Shown in pieces: positions 1-14,582 of a stretch of DNA of 64,000 bases. A program made the translations under genes and the position numbers. The notes below the pieces were generated by a model. The model saw only the letters and a program-made list of their open reading frames with translations, made no database searches and was not told the origin of the DNA. Each line of letters begins with the position of its first letter. Position 1 is the stretch's first letter. The stretch comes from the human T2T-CHM13v2.0 reference genome, Homo sapiens. The DNA lies in the NCBI RefSeq assembly GCF_009914755.1, contig NC_060934.1; one strand, given 5' to 3'.

Positions 1-1275
1 TGTGCCCGGCATAAAGCTTTTTCATACCTTCTTGTTGAATTTGTATATAGCATCTTGAATCTGAATCAAATTACGTGTGGGTTGGGTGCAGGAACAGATT
101 CATCCTTTTTTCATAGTGTGACCACACAAAAGCAAAATACATAATAATGAAGTACAACAAGTGGTCTAAATGAATTTCATATCTGGGCTTATACATTTGT
201 AACAACTATAGAGCAAATAAAACTGAGTAACATTATGAAAATAATAATCCTAGTATGTTAGAGCACAAAGGCATTTATGTAAATATAATAAATGAAAATT
301 ATTCTAGTATGGTAAAGATTCACCATGCTGTAAATTTGGAAAACTCTAAGCCTACTGCTGAGTAGCTCTATGACTTTGGGTTAGATACTACATTTGCTGG
401 CAAATGTTTTGTTTTCTGTTAAACAAAGGATTGGATTAACACCAAGTTTCTTTCCAGTTTTGTGAGTAAATATATATTTTTTTATTTTCAAGGAGAATAC
501 ATTAAAACAAAGCAAAACGAAACCTCCCATATTGACAATGAAAATATTTCCGCCTATGGATATTTAAAAAACAATGTACTTCTAAGAATGAGGGTGTCAT
601 TTCCTTTCTAAAGGAAAAAAAAGAGTATTATAGAAGATGCTGTATCTGGCATATAAAATAGGCAGTTTCATACGTGAATGAACCATACTGAATTGAATAT
701 AGATCAATCAAAGAGGGGTAAAGGAAGTAAGTGAAATAAATAAGTTCCTAGGAAGCATTCAGGCTTAAAGTTTCAAGAGAAATTTAATTTATAACTGCTT
801 CAGTTACTCCTATGAGCCAAATTTCGTGAAAAACTAAAGCAAAGTAATATTTCAATCAGAAGACCAAACATTGAAAGAAATATAATACAATGCTTCAAAT
901 ACTATAACCAGTTTAACCAGTCATCTCTCTTGTCTTTACAGAAAGCCTTAGATAAGCTAAAATAAACAATTAGATGTTTAATAAGAAAATGGAAGAAAAT
1001 ATTCAGATACTGACTTTTCCTCCTTCAGTTCTGCAAAGTGCCTCCAATACGCAGAAAAATATCAGCAGGATTGTGAAAATAAAGGTAGTCATGTTGAAGT
1101 ATTAACTATATTTGTGAGAAATTATACATGGTTTTGGCTTATTTAAATTTAACAATGGTTACATTTAATTCCCTAATGTATTTTAGAAAATGTGAAAATT
1201 AACAAATAAAACTGCCTCTTGTTATATAGTACTCTCAAATATCTAAAAACATTTTTATAGATATCTTTACAATTA

Positions 1276-1651
1276 CAGTCATGTACCGCATGATATTTCA
1301 TACATTACAATCATGTACCTATGATATTTCGGTCAACAACAGACTGCACATACAGTGGTTATCTCATAAGACTATTTGCCATATTTGCCATATTTTTACT
1401 GTACATTTTCTATGTTTATATGTGTATAAATACACAAATACTTACCATTGTGTTACAATTACCTCAAATAGTCAGTATAGTAAAATGCCGTATAGGTTTG
1501 CAGCCTAAGAGTGAAAGGCTATACCATGTAGCCTAGGTTTACAGCAGGCTATATGATCTAGGTTTGTGCAAGTACACTCCATAATGTTTGCCCAGTGAGA
1601 AAGTTCCCCAATTACGCATTTCTCAGAACAACCTTAAGTGATGCATGACTG
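1276..1651 (+). mobile_element. Tigger3a/MER7A (TcMar-Tigger non-autonomous DNA transposon)
   Basis: Starts CAGTCATG, ends CATGACTG (terminal inverted repeats) and is flanked by TA. Internal sequence 'atacacaaatacttaccattgtgttacaatt...ctaggtttgtgcaagtacactc' matches the recalled Tigger3a consensus. Confidence 0.85.
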
Positions 1652-2029
1652 TAACAGATTCGGGTTTTTTTTTTTAAGGGTAAATCACTGAGAAATAATT
1701 TCTATGTAATATAAATAGAAAATTGACAAATTTATTCAATTAATAAGATATATTAATTAGTTGAAACAGGTCAACTATTGTTTTATGTGCTGAATATTAA
1801 CAAATATTATATGTTACTTACTGAGGAAATAGCAAGTATATACCCCTCGGTCAGGAACAAGCTTTAAAAGTTCATAGACAATAAAATTATGAGCTTACAG
1901 AAGAGTGAACAGGGTGAGGGTTATAGAAAATGAGATAACTACAGGAGTTAGGAGAATAAAAGAGCAGCCTTTAGTCCTGGTGGAAATTTTGGATTTTACT
2001 GTAGGTGATCCAAAGCTACTGGGGGCAGG

Positions 2030-2745
2030 AGGGTAGTAACGATTGGTTAAATGACCATCCATTCCAACCCACACGTATTATGCTTTAGTATAATTCAAGG
2101 CCTGAAAACCTGTCACTTGTATTTATTTTATTATTTTTCTTCCCTGCAGGTATTTTTCTAGATGCAGGTAAGTTTTGCTAGTTAGATGCACTTACTTGAG
2201 ATTTGAAATTTGTAAATAAGGAGGGTATTCCTGCTGCTATAGCTGTTGTAAGTCTGATCTTGGAGTAGGTTTGCCAAATTTAGCAAATAAACATATAAGA
2301 CAATCAGTTATACTTTAAACAACACATTTTTAGTATAAGTACGTCCAATGCAATATTTAGTAAATACTTATAATAAAAAATGTATTCGTTTATGTCACAT
2401 TCCAATATAAGTAGGGGTTCTTTTACGTGTTTACCCTCTACTTGTAGACATTGAGATTTTCTATGTCAAATCATAAGCTATATGTGTGATGAGAAATAGT
2501 TGTCAAGTATAACAGGGGCCTTCTCTTCCCTTATTTGCAACTCTAATAGAGTATTCTTGAAGTAATTCCTGTGGCAATCTTGTGACTGTGGCCAGTATAG
2601 CCACAACTTGTAGGGAACTCTGCGTTTCCCCCAATGTTGTGTCCTGTAGGAGCTCCCTTGCCCTGCCAGTTCAACATCCTTCATTCGGGAGTCAATCTCA
2701 GAGGCCAAATTAAAACTGTCTGTTCTAGGTCTTCTGATGACAATT
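2030..2745 (+). mobile_element. Decayed LTR33-like (ERVL) LTR, interrupted by MER53
   Basis: 'ggcctgaaaacc...ttccctgcag...gttagatgcacttacttgagatttgaa' resembles LTR33. Highly diverged; boundaries approximate. Confidence 0.35.
2265..2440. mobile_element. MER53 palindromic MITE
   Basis: 'aggtttgccaaatttagcaaataaa...tttttagtataagtacgtccaatgcaatatttagtaaatacttataataaaaaa' matches the self-complementary MER53 consensus. Confidence 0.8.
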
Positions 2746-2749
2746 CAAA

Positions 2750-5290
2750 TTCAGTTTTATTGAGGCAAAAATTATATAAAATACACTGCAACGATTTAAG
2801 GTATCAAATTTGATGAGTCTTGATAGATGTATACACTTGTAAAATCGGTACCAACAAGATATAAAATATTTTTATCACCCCCAAAATTGTACTGTGTCCT
2901 CCCTCCTCCCTATACCATCAACCTGCGGTCAATAATTTCTCCAGTTTCTGTTATTATAGTTTTCATTTTCTAGAATTTCATGAAAATTGAATTACACAGT
3001 ATGTCCCTTTGTATATTTTTTTAAACCCAGTATAATGTTGAGATTTATCTATAGCGTCATATGTATTAGTAATTTGTTACTATTTACTGCAGAATAATAT
3101 TCCATTGTATAGGTATGTTATACTTTGTATACTCATTTAGCCATACTGGTAAGTATGAAGGATATTTCCTTGTGATTTTAGTTGGCACTTCCTCAATGGC
3201 TAATAATGTTGAACATGTTTTCAAGTTCTTATATGCCATATTTATACCCTTCTCAGTGGAATGCCTCCTTATATATTTTGCTTTTTATTAAATAATTGGT
3301 TTTAAATCTTGAGTTTTTAGAGGTCTTTATATATTTTAGATAAAAATCATGTGTGAGATAGGTGATTGATTTGTCTTTTAATCCTCTTATCGAGGTATTT
3401 GAGAAAAAATTTTACTTTTGATTAATTTTAAAATAATTTTTCATTCATAAATTGTGCCTTTGGTGGCAAATCAAAGAACTCTTTGCCTAGCCCTAGATCT
3501 TGCAAAATTTTCTCTTGTATTTTCTTAAAGTCTTATAGTTTTGTATTTTAGATATAAGTCCATGCTCCATTTTGAGTTAATGATGTGAATGAGGTATGAG
3601 ACTTAGTTTGAGGTTCATTATTTGCCTTTAGATGTTCAGATGTTCCAAATGTTTCCACACCATTTGTTGAAAAGCTATCTTTTCTTCATTAAATTGCTTT
3701 TGCAATTGTGTCAAAAGTTAGTTGGATATATTTATGTTGTTCTATTTTTATGTTTTTCATTCTGTTCCATCGATCTGCAGATCTATTTTTGTGCCAATCC
3801 CACATAGTCCTGATTGCTATACATTAAGTATATAAATGGGTTGACAACTTCCTCCCTCTTTATTTCTATCAATATTATTTTGTAACTATTATATTTTCTT
3901 TGCTTCTATAAATAAACTTGGGAATCATTTAATCTATATAATATAAAATCTTGGTATTTTAGTATGAATTTGTCAACATACCTATCAACTGAAAGAGAAG
4001 TCACATCTTTGCTATGTTGATTCTTCAAATCTAAGACATTGTGTCTATAATTATTTAGATCTTTGATTTCTTCCATCAAAATTTCATTATTTTAGCATAG
4101 TAATCCTGTATATGTTTTGTTAGAATTACACCTAAGAAAAGAATTTTCATAGAATGATTTCAAATAGTTTATTTTCAATTTTGATATTCATGTGTTCATT
4201 TCTAGTACAGAGAAATGCAGTTGATTTTTTAAATGTTTATTTGGTCTCCTGTGACGTTACTGAATTCACTTATTAGCTCTAGGATATTTTTCTTTTCAAT
4301 TTTGTAGATTCTTTAAGATTTTCCATATAAATACATATCATCTGCAAATAAGGATGGCTTATTGCACTAGCTAGAATTTTTGGTACTATGTTGCATGAAA
4401 GTATTAAAAGGAAACATTCTTATTTTATGTTCAATCTTAAGATGAATGCTTTCAATTTTTCATCATTAAGTCTAATGCTGGCTGTGGAATTTTTGTAGAT
4501 GTCTGTGGCCAAGGGTCCCGATTAAGCCTTTTTTCTGACTTTTTCTCATAATTGGTTGTAAAATTTTGTTAAATTCTTTTTCATCAATTGATATATAATT
4601 TTTCTTCTTTAGCCTATGTATATATTAGATTACATGGATTAATTTGCACGTATTGAACTAGCCTTACATTCATGACATACTGTTAAGAAGTTTTATTATT
4701 TTTTATTTTTTGTACTGTCTTGATCAGGTTTTGATATCAGAGAAATACTAGCTTATTCATTCAATGAAATTGTGCTCTCTTGATCTATTTTCTGGAAGAT
4801 ATTATGGACAATTGATATCAATTCTTTTTTAATCATTGGGTAGACTTCTCCAGTGGACCTGGAGATTTCTTGTGGGGGATATTTTTACTGATCAATTTCT
4901 TTTAGAGTTATTGGGCTATGAAAGTATTGCTTTTATGTAAGTTGTGGTGGTTTGTTTCTTGAGCAATGGGTTTATTTCATCTAGGTTGTCCTATTGACAT
5001 GTGCATAGTTGTTTGCATTATTTCCTTGTTATCCTTTTGATGTCTACAGAATCTGTAGTGATATACTCTTTTTCATTCCTGATACTGGTAATTTGTGTCC
5101 TTTCCTTTCTTCATCCATGTCACTGGATAATTGTCACTTTTATTTTTCCTTTTTTAAATTGATTTCTTTGGGTTTATCTTGCTCTGGGTTCACCCACCTC
5201 CTTGAGTCTGTAAGTTTGTCTTCTGCAAAATTTAGAAAGCTTTCAGCTATTATTTATTTGAGTTTTTTTTAAGTCTGCTCTTCTTCTTCT
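2750..5290 (-). mobile_element. Old L1M (L1MC/MD/ME-type) 3' end and ORF2 remnants
   Basis: T-rich antisense L1 signature: 'ttttattgaggc...ttgatgagtcttgatagatgtatacac', 'caatggctaataatgttgaacatgttttc', 'caccatttgttgaaaag', 'atcatctgcaaataa'. Probably several fragments. Confidence 0.75.
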
Positions 5291-6695
5291 GGGACAACAA
5301 CATTACAAATGAATTACAAATGTAGCGGCTCAACTAATGTTGTCAAAACATAGGTGTTTATTTAGTGTTCTCATCTTTATAACTTTTTCTCTAATGCTCA
5401 AATAAGCCTAATGACTTTAGAACTGCTTCTAGAAAGATGCCAAAGGAAAAAGATACCAAGCAATTGAAAAGAACTGGGTTAGAGTCAAATTGCTGCAAAA
5501 AGCAAAAAGCTGCAAAAAGGGATATATAGCCATTCTCTTTCTCAAGAAGTGACATTTTAATATTTTCTTAAGATTTCTGAGAAGTAACTTAGAAAGTTTT
5601 TCTCTTCCACAGTGACTTTTACTGAAGCCATCTTTGGCCAAAGTAGAAAACATTTTATGTTGTCTGCATTTTCTAATACTAATTAAAATAATTTCAAATG
5701 ACAATGCTAGATATCATTATCATTCATCTGGAAAGTAAAAGTTATTCCAATAGGAGACAGTAAAATGCTTTTATATTTTAAGACAGAGTCTTAAAATAAT
5801 TTGAAATAAGTACACCTTAACTGTTAATTCAGTACATTACAATTTTTGTAAGCTGTTCAACATTAAAGGAAAAGACAGATGGTTATGTAAATTGCACAAA
5901 AGGAAATGCATTTGAACAAAAGTAAGCTCATTAAAAGAGCTGTTTTCACCTTAGAGGAGAAATCTGTTCTTTAAAGCAAAAGGTTTATTGTTTTTTTTTT
6001 ACATTCTTTAATTTTTTTAAGGTACGTCTTTTGTGGACATCAAATTCAGTTTTAATAGCATCACACAGGGAAGTAATTATTCAGGAAGGCCACATTCTGA
6101 GACTTTATTGAATTCAGAGGTTTGATTCTTTGCACATAAACATAAAACTTCATTATCTGCACAATATATGGCAGAATGTATTTGTTAGAGAATGAGATCA
6201 TTGTTTGGAAACATTCATTGTGACTGCAGCTGAAAGTAATGAATGTGAAAGCAAACCACCACCAAAGTAATTATGATCTGTGTCTCTATATCTTTGTCTC
6301 AGAGCTTATTGACTGATGTGTCTCCTATCCCACCTTCTTCCATTTTTCTAATGGTTTTATCATCTTATTATAGAAAAAAAGAACAAAACTATTGAGTCTG
6401 GCAATGACCCAGGACCATCACTAGAAAATGATAACATTAATAGTTTAGATTGGCTGAAAAGTAAACAAAAATATAATTATACTGTTAACTTTATCAAATA
6501 TAGAGTATAAGTTTTCCTACCAAAATTGTTAATATGGATGTAGATTCAGATATAGCTATAAATGGATAAATAGATGGACAGCAACATAGATGGGTATATA
6601 TGCACATATAAGTTAAATATATTTTCAGGTATTCTCATTCACAGATATTTTAAACAGCAATGTAATTGTAATGATACAATTTTATAGGTACATAG

Positions 6696-7039
<344 letters not shown>

Positions 7040-7339
7040 TACTACAGTTATTTTTATATATTTTCATAAATATATTTGTACTCCTATGTAGATATATCTC
7101 TAAAAAGATGGATAATTTAATATTAACCTGAGAATATTTCCAAGCATTTTTCTCAGTTGGTCCACTGAATAAAACTCAGGTTCAGCAGACTCAAGTCTCT
7201 TATTTTTCAACCCTCTGAGAAGTATCTTGCCTTCTTTTGGGTAGCTGTCATGCAAAGTCTTTTGTGACTAGGGGAGCAGGATAAGAAATTTGAGAGATGG
7301 AGTGAAGAAATAAATGAGAAGGAATAAATGCAAAGTGAG

Positions 7340-7716
7340 TGATACGATTTGGCTCTGCGTCCCTACCCAAGTCTCATTTCCAATTGTAATCCCCACATGA
7401 CAGAGGAGAGGCCTGGTGGGAGATGATTGGCTTATGGGTGCAGATTTCTCCCTTGCTGTTATCATGATAATGAGTGAGTTCTCAGGAGAGCTGATGATTT
7501 TAAAGTGTGGCACTTCCCCTGCTCGCGCTCGCGCTCTCTCTCTCTCCTGCCACCATGTAAGTGGTGCCTTGCTTCCCCTTTACCTTCTGCCACGATTGTA
7601 AGTTTCCTGTGACCCCCTAGCCATATTGAACTCTGAGTCAATTAAACCTTTTTTTTTAAAATAAATTACCCATTCTCTAGTAGTCCTTTATAGCTGTGTG
7701 AAAACAGACTAATACA
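7340..7716 (+). mobile_element. THE1D-type MaLR solo LTR
   Basis: TGATACGATTTGGCTCTG...GACTAATACA termini and THE1D-like body; 5-bp TSD GTGAG/ATGAG (1 mismatch). Confidence 0.88.
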
Positions 7717-10559
7717 ATGAGGATGAAAATACAATATATATGTATACCTGATAAAAGAGAAATAGATTGACTTAAAAATATTACTACAGAAGTTCTACTT
7801 TCACAGTTTTTGAGAAATAGATATAAAAGTAATTTAAATTATTTTGAGTTACTAAATAACATGAGATAGGTTCTGGTCACTGGACTTTTTTCTTGACACA
7901 CTCAAACTGTATCATGACACATCCATCTATCAATACTTTAGATTAACTTTATCGTTTTCCTTTTGAATTGAGAGTGTATTTTCACCATGACTGCTGATTT
8001 ATCACCGTGTTTTGCAAAAATAAATAAATAAATAAATTGCTGAAGGGATAGTATGGAGATCACATTAACATTTGAATTTTTTTTTCTTAGGGAGGAGACT
8101 ACAGATGTGAGGGTTCTATATTTCAAGTAGAGACTAGTAATTACATAGCACTTTTTGAGTCCCCTGACTTGAATTAACCTATGAAACAAGCTGCTAAAAT
8201 TATCAGCCAGAAATTTGTTTTCAACCCTGGGTCAAACACTATTTATTAAGAAGTTCTACCTGGTGGGTACTACAGGAGATAGTGATTCAAATATGTTGCA
8301 ATTAATTCAATGTACTTGCCAAATTTTACAAGTTGAAACCAATGCCCCTGGGATCTTAGCCCTTTTTACTGACCTAGTTAGACATATTTTTGAATTACTG
8401 AAACAAATTTTCATTAGGACCTAGAGAAATTTCAGAGTCCTATCTTGGGTGTAAGGGGAAAAAAAAAAACACAACACATTGTGTTGCAGATAAATATTCC
8501 ATGTAGAAGTTTGATGACTGGGCACACTTACATGTCAGAAGATGTTGCTATGTATAAAAATGTTTTTAAGTCTCAAACTGAAAGATTGTCAAAGCCAATA
8601 TAACTGATTTTCTTCTATCTACGACTGACTCATGACCTAAGAATGGATATATACAAGCTTGTACAGTGAGTCAGATTCTATATGACAAATTCTACTCTTG
8701 TATTACGGCTGAAAAAAAAAATCCACTGTGACATACATTATGTGAAGGAAAATAATAAAACAAGTCCTAGAGCTCAAAAACATCTCAACTTTGTCTGCAT
8801 GGAAGCAATATACAATTAAGAATTGGTGTACACTACTGGCTTTCTTGCTGCCTTGATATCTCACTGTTAGGAAGCCTAATTAGGGTAAGTATAACACAGA
8901 GGTGGATCTATTGATCTGCAGAACTTCCTAATGAGATTCTTATCTGATAGAGGAAATTGACTTGGACAAAGAGGATTGATGCAGACATGGCTCTTCTCCT
9001 TGAATCAGTCCACTTGTAAAAATAAGGTTAGACCCAGAGCAGGTTTTAGGGTTAAGATTGTGTAATACTGACCATAAGACCAACTGATATAGTCAATGAT
9101 TAAAAAGTCATTGTTTTTTGCAGACTTTACTATAAACATGGTATGATCCAAATCTGTGGGAGTTTGTAATTGTCACAAGTTTCAATTTTAAACAAACAGG
9201 GTTATATAATTACTTGCTCACATTTATTTTTATTTGCACAATGCATATTAAATATACTTTTTAAATGATTTTTTATTTAGACATTCATTACAGTGCTCCA
9301 TATTTTATTTAAAAAATAACATATAGTAGACTTCACATATTTTTTTCCAAGGAATGTATCCAGAGGCAAGTGAGAAAAATTACAGCCATTCTTAATAAGA
9401 GAAGAAAAAAGAAAAAAAGAAATGCATTTCGATTATAACTACAGAAATTCTCTATTAACATGACAAATATAAATAGTAGGCATCTTTTTGTGGAAGTCTG
9501 GAAAAAACTTACCTTGGACAACTACAACAGAGTAACACATTTTAACATATGATTCTTTCCAGCTATTTCCTCTCATGGACACTTGAAATATATTTAGATT
9601 TGCGCAATTTATTTTTCCCTCTAATTCCCAGTTTCCCATACACCATCTGCCATTAATTGCTCAGAGGAGGACCAGGTTTTGCAGGATATTTAAGCTTGCA
9701 GAGGGGCATGCTCTGGCAGAAAGGGAGAAAAGGTATTCCTGAGATAAACAGGCTATGCTCAGAAAGAATTTTATTCAGGAAATTTAAATAAAAAGAGTTG
9801 AGGTTTATGACGGATAGGGAAAAAATTGGAATAAATATATTGCAGGTGATTTTATGTTTCTTTCCTGGTGTTCAAGAAATGTTAGAGAAGAGTGTGAACA
9901 TTCTGAACTTGCATATTAGCCCTTAAAGCATGTTCTTTGATTGTGATATAACTTATGTAGACCCATAATTGTAGGAGCTATAAACTTTCTCTACTTTATT
10001 AATATAGAGGAATATATATATCTTTGCTGAGAGAAAATCAAGCTGTTGTGTGTTTTGGAAGTAGATGACATCCTTTGTTTCTTGGGCAGTGTTTATATCA
10101 TTAGTCATATCATTCTGCCTAAATGTAAATCATCAGCACAATACGATTCCAGAAAAGTGATATCTCAGGCAAGTTATCAACAATTTCCTAAATCAGAACA
10201 AAAAAATATTATTTTCCTACTGAATAACATTTATCACTGAGGTAGATTCCTGAGATTCATAAGAAATCACTGCTTTTAAAAATAATCCAGTTAAGTACTT
10301 GTTCTTACAAACTCTTGACTGTAAGTCACCCTATCACCAGACAGAAAAATAGATTGATGTAAACAAACATACTGACCAAAGGTAAAGTAGAAATATAGAG
10401 TAGCTACAAACCATACAACCATAAACAGGAATATCTTTCTGATTTCACTTAGCAAACCAAAGAAATTTTCGAACTCAGCTTTTTTCTGTATAATCAGCTG
10501 ATAGAGTAGGTTTTATGGAAAAGTCCGCTTCTTTTTCGGCTGTGCCAAGCACTACTAAC

Positions 10560-11000
10560 CACTATACCTTTTGTACTTATTAACATAATCTTGGTTTTGT
10601 TCACGGCAGCAATCCTCGTGGTTAACAGCCCTATAACTTAGATTAACTTGCAACTTGTTTCGCCAAATGACTCATAATTGGGCAATGAGTTCTAAGCAAG
10701 AGGTCCCTGTGAAAACTACTGTTTTTGACTGAAAGATATGAGCTCAGCTGGCAGTAAGATTTTGCCCTTTTGTTTTCTCCTTTCTTCTTATCCATGATTC
10801 ATATGTGATACTCTCTAGTATAAAACCATCTTATGAGTCTGAGGAAGAAAGCCACACATTAACAATGGTAGAGGCAAAAGGAAGATGGAATCTGGATTCT
10901 CAATGGCAGCCTACGCTTAGTTGTCTTGTTACTTAGAAAAGAAAAAAAGTTTCCTGATGTAGCCCCTATACTCAGGTTTCTGCTATAGCGTTCTGTAACA
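10560..11000 (+). mobile_element. MLT1 (J/K/L-type) MaLR LTR, diverged
   Basis: 'gccacacattaacaatggtagaggcaaaaggaagatggaatctgg', 'aaccatcttatgagtctgagg', 'aggtttctgctatagc' resemble MLT1 LTR motifs. Confidence 0.55.
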
Positions 11001-12093
11001 CGTGATACTTTGTAACAAGACATTAATAAAACAAGTGTTGTATTAAGTTATACATGAAAGAGCTTGCAAGTTTTATAAGCACCAAAAGATTACATAATAC
11101 AGTTAAAAGTTTACTATAACTTATATATGTTTTATATTAAGTGAAAGTATCATGGCCATTATTAAAATAGACATTTTGACAAAATTTACATTGTGTTTAT
11201 GAGATGTATAAATATTTTAAGCAATTTATTATTGACTAAAAAACTACAAATAAGCAATTATCTCAAAAGACCAAGTGTGCATATGTACTTTTACTGACTT
11301 ATTATGATTACAAAATTATATGAGCTGAATGTTAAAAGGAATTTGAAGTCACTCTGTGTGTATATGTGGCGGGGTGGGGGGAAGACCTAGAATGCAAAAC
11401 AAAGAAATAATCTATTTTAAAAAGAATCTATTTTATTACTTTAAAATTTATTTATTTTAAATTGTTTTAAAACAAGAACAATTACCAATTGAGCAATTTA
11501 TTTATTAGCAGTTGTTATTAGAAAATAAATTACAATTTTAAATTTAGATGAAAATATAATGATTAACGAAAGAAAATATATTTAACAATATAAATAGAAT
11601 ATATTATATGACTGGTGTGTCTAGACTTTTAAAATCACCAGTGGTCAATTGTACTTTCTGGATTTGCTATGAGTTGAGGATAAATAATCCCATGGCTTAT
11701 AAAATTGACAAAAAAAAGAAAAGAAGTAAAATTAAGAATTTTCATAGCTATTTTAGAAAAAAATTCTTCACATATATGTAGTGTACCATTGTATAATACA
11801 GAAAAATAGATAATAGTAACATAACATATAATTCATCAAATATACAATGTTACATCTTATTTTCCATAATTTTTAAAAGCACCTAATTTCAATTTTTTAA
11901 AAAAAATTTTTTGGAATGAAAATATTTTGCACTTATCTAGAAAATACAAAGTCCTGTAAAAGTGTTCAGTTTCTGGACTTTAGGGTAGACAGGTTCAAAT
12001 AAGTTCATATATCCTTCTTTTCTTTCTTTCCTTATTATGTCTCTCTTTGACTCCTTTGTCTAAGTCTCCTTTTCTCCCTATCTTTCCTCTTCC

Positions 12094-12235
12094 TTTTTTT
12101 TTTAATTTTATTATTATTATACTTTAAGTTTTAGGGTATATGTGCACAATGTGCAGGTTAGTTACATATGTATACATGTGCCATGCTGGTGTGCTGCACC
12201 AATTAACTCGTTATTTAGCATAAGGTATATCTCCT
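12094..12235 (-). mobile_element. Short 5'-truncated L1PA 3' end
   Basis: Poly-T followed by 'ttattatactttaagttttagggtatatgtgcacaatgtgcaggttagttacatatgtatacatgtgccatgctggtgtgctgcacc', the antisense L1PA 3'UTR. Confidence 0.9.
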
Positions 12236-14427
12236 CTTTCTTCTTATGTTCCTCCTCCTTCTCCTCTTCCTACTTTTTCTCCTCTTCCTGTCTATCTTTC
12301 TGTTTAAGCCCTCACCTCCACTAGATACTCTTCAATTTTGAGGATTAGATTTTCATATTTCATTTGCTTCTCCCTTGGTAACTCAGTAGTAATTACTGCT
12401 TTCTAAAATATAGTTTCCCAAAAGGGGGGAAAATACCCTTTCTTCCTCAACTCTACCTGTATTGTCTTTTGCTCCATTTAATCATGTCCTGTAAATATGC
12501 TTAAAGCTAAAGAAAATATTTTAACAGAAAAAAATTCTGTATCTTACAGGCGATGATGGGCTTTTCTACTTCCACTATCAAATAGTACTGAAAATGCTAC
12601 TTAATATCCCCTGTTTCTTGTACTTCAACATTCTCCCAAACAAAATTTCTTACTACATGTTAGGAAAAGAGTGGCAAAACACTTTCGTTTGAGTTGAGGT
12701 ATTAATATTTATGAACAGATTGAGATTTCCTCAAAATGTAGTAAGAACATTTATTAACTGGCCCAGAAGATAGTAAGTCACAAAGTAACCATAAAAGTGA
12801 GGTACATAAATCAAGTAGAGATTAAAGCTCATTGACAAATTCTTAACATTTTTCTGACATTGTGGACTAGGACCTATGGGATTCGTCCATTACTCAAGAG
12901 AAATATATCATCATATTAACTCATTTAAATTAATAGGGACTATTTCAGTTTACAACCCAGGGAATGGTTGACCTTCTTTGCAAGATCCACCCCATGATTT
13001 CATCGTGGCTGGTTAAGATTAGTATTAAAATTTAACCTTTCAGATCTACAATTAAATGTAAGTTACAGCACTTAAGTTTGGTAGCATATAAAGTTTCACT
13101 ATGAAAAATGTGTTTCCACATTTTATTGGAAAATCTATGTCATTTAATTGTTTGAAGGACAAAGCACTGATAATGTCTGTTAAGATTTCACTCTTTTTCC
13201 CTTAAGCAAACCTTCAAAAGTCAAATCTTATATATAAAACATGAGAATTTTATACAGCAGTCTATTTCAACAAAATTATATATATTATATAAATATATAT
13301 TATATATAATGGGTTTTCAGCAAGATTTCTTGAAATTGAAACTCCAATAAAGTTAATGACAGAATTTTAAGACAAATACTGATTACATCTTAGACACTAA
13401 AGAGGAATAAAACTTAGGGGAACTTGCCTGCTATATTCACATCAATGTAATCTTTATTATCTTAGATGAAAATGCAGGGAATATCTAGCTTTTGACATTA
13501 AATCTCAAAGACTAGAAATGATAGATACAAACATAAAATGTAGTGGTTAAAAAATAAGCAATATTGCTTAAACACATTTCAATATGTCTATCTAGTTTAT
13601 AATAACTTAAATGACAAAAAACATGATTATTTGCAAAGTATTAGAAATGGAGCAGTCTTTCAATAAATGCTTCTAAGTTAATTAAAAATAAATGTTAATA
13701 TTCAAATATTTAAAAAATATTCTAGCACTTATTTAATAATTTTTACATAAAACATACCTTTTCTTTATTCAATGAAAGCCTTAAAATGTTGGTAATATTA
13801 TAAATATTACCAAAAACGTATAACCTTTTAAAAAATATATACTTACACATATAGTATCAATTTGAAAATTAGAAGGCAGAATACAACTGTAAAGTAAAAT
13901 CGTTTTATGCATATTTAACAAAAAGGATGACTTGTTATTACATGGGGGGAAACTTATTTCCATCTATAACAGTTAGAAATCTATGTTGACAGTGACAGAA
14001 ATAAATGATTAAAACCAGTTTGGACAGTCAAATAAATTTATGGCTTCATATACTGAAGGTTCCCATAGAAGTTTAATATCTGATATCCAATTCTTGAGTC
14101 GTTTTCAGGTTTTCACCAGGGAGAGATATCTTTTTTCTTCCTTTCTCAGATATGCTTCTTTGGTGTTAACCTCCAAGAAGACGTCAACCTTTTTTTGAGC
14201 TACTTTTAGGTTCTATTCTAGTTTCAAAAGCCCCAGAAATTCTGACCAATTGACTGTGACCATCTGGAAATACATCATGTTCTTAATGTTCTCAATCTTA
14301 AATTATGGTCAAGAGAATGGTATGTACATATTGGATTACAATTATTAAACACTGAGGGCCTTCACCTGAAAATTGGGAGCATTCTCACCCAAACACATGC
14401 TGGAAAAGCTAGTCCAACTTGGTGGGG

Positions 14428-14582
14428 GAGGGAGACACAGACAGCGAGAGTGAGCAGAGAGAGAGAGAGAAAGAAGAGAAGAGAGAGAGAGAAGTGAAGA
14501 GGAGAGGAGGGGGAGGGGAGGAGAAGAGAGAAGACGAGAGGAGAGAAGACAAGAGGAGAGAAGACAAGAGAAGAGGAGAGAA
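14428..14582. repeat. GA-rich low-complexity/simple repeat
   Basis: (GA)n and GAGAA/GAGAG purine tract. Confidence 0.9.

Noticed and set aside
942-1084. Plus-strand exon (tctctcttgtctttacag ... AAG|gtagtc)
   Set aside because: Good acceptor but weak donor, and no recognisable coding content or partner exons.
2265-2440. MER53 as a miR-1302 family precursor
   Set aside because: Both arms are diverged. The best match (minus strand TTGGACGTACTTATACTAAA) has a disrupted seed relative to miR-1302, and the outer stem is degraded.
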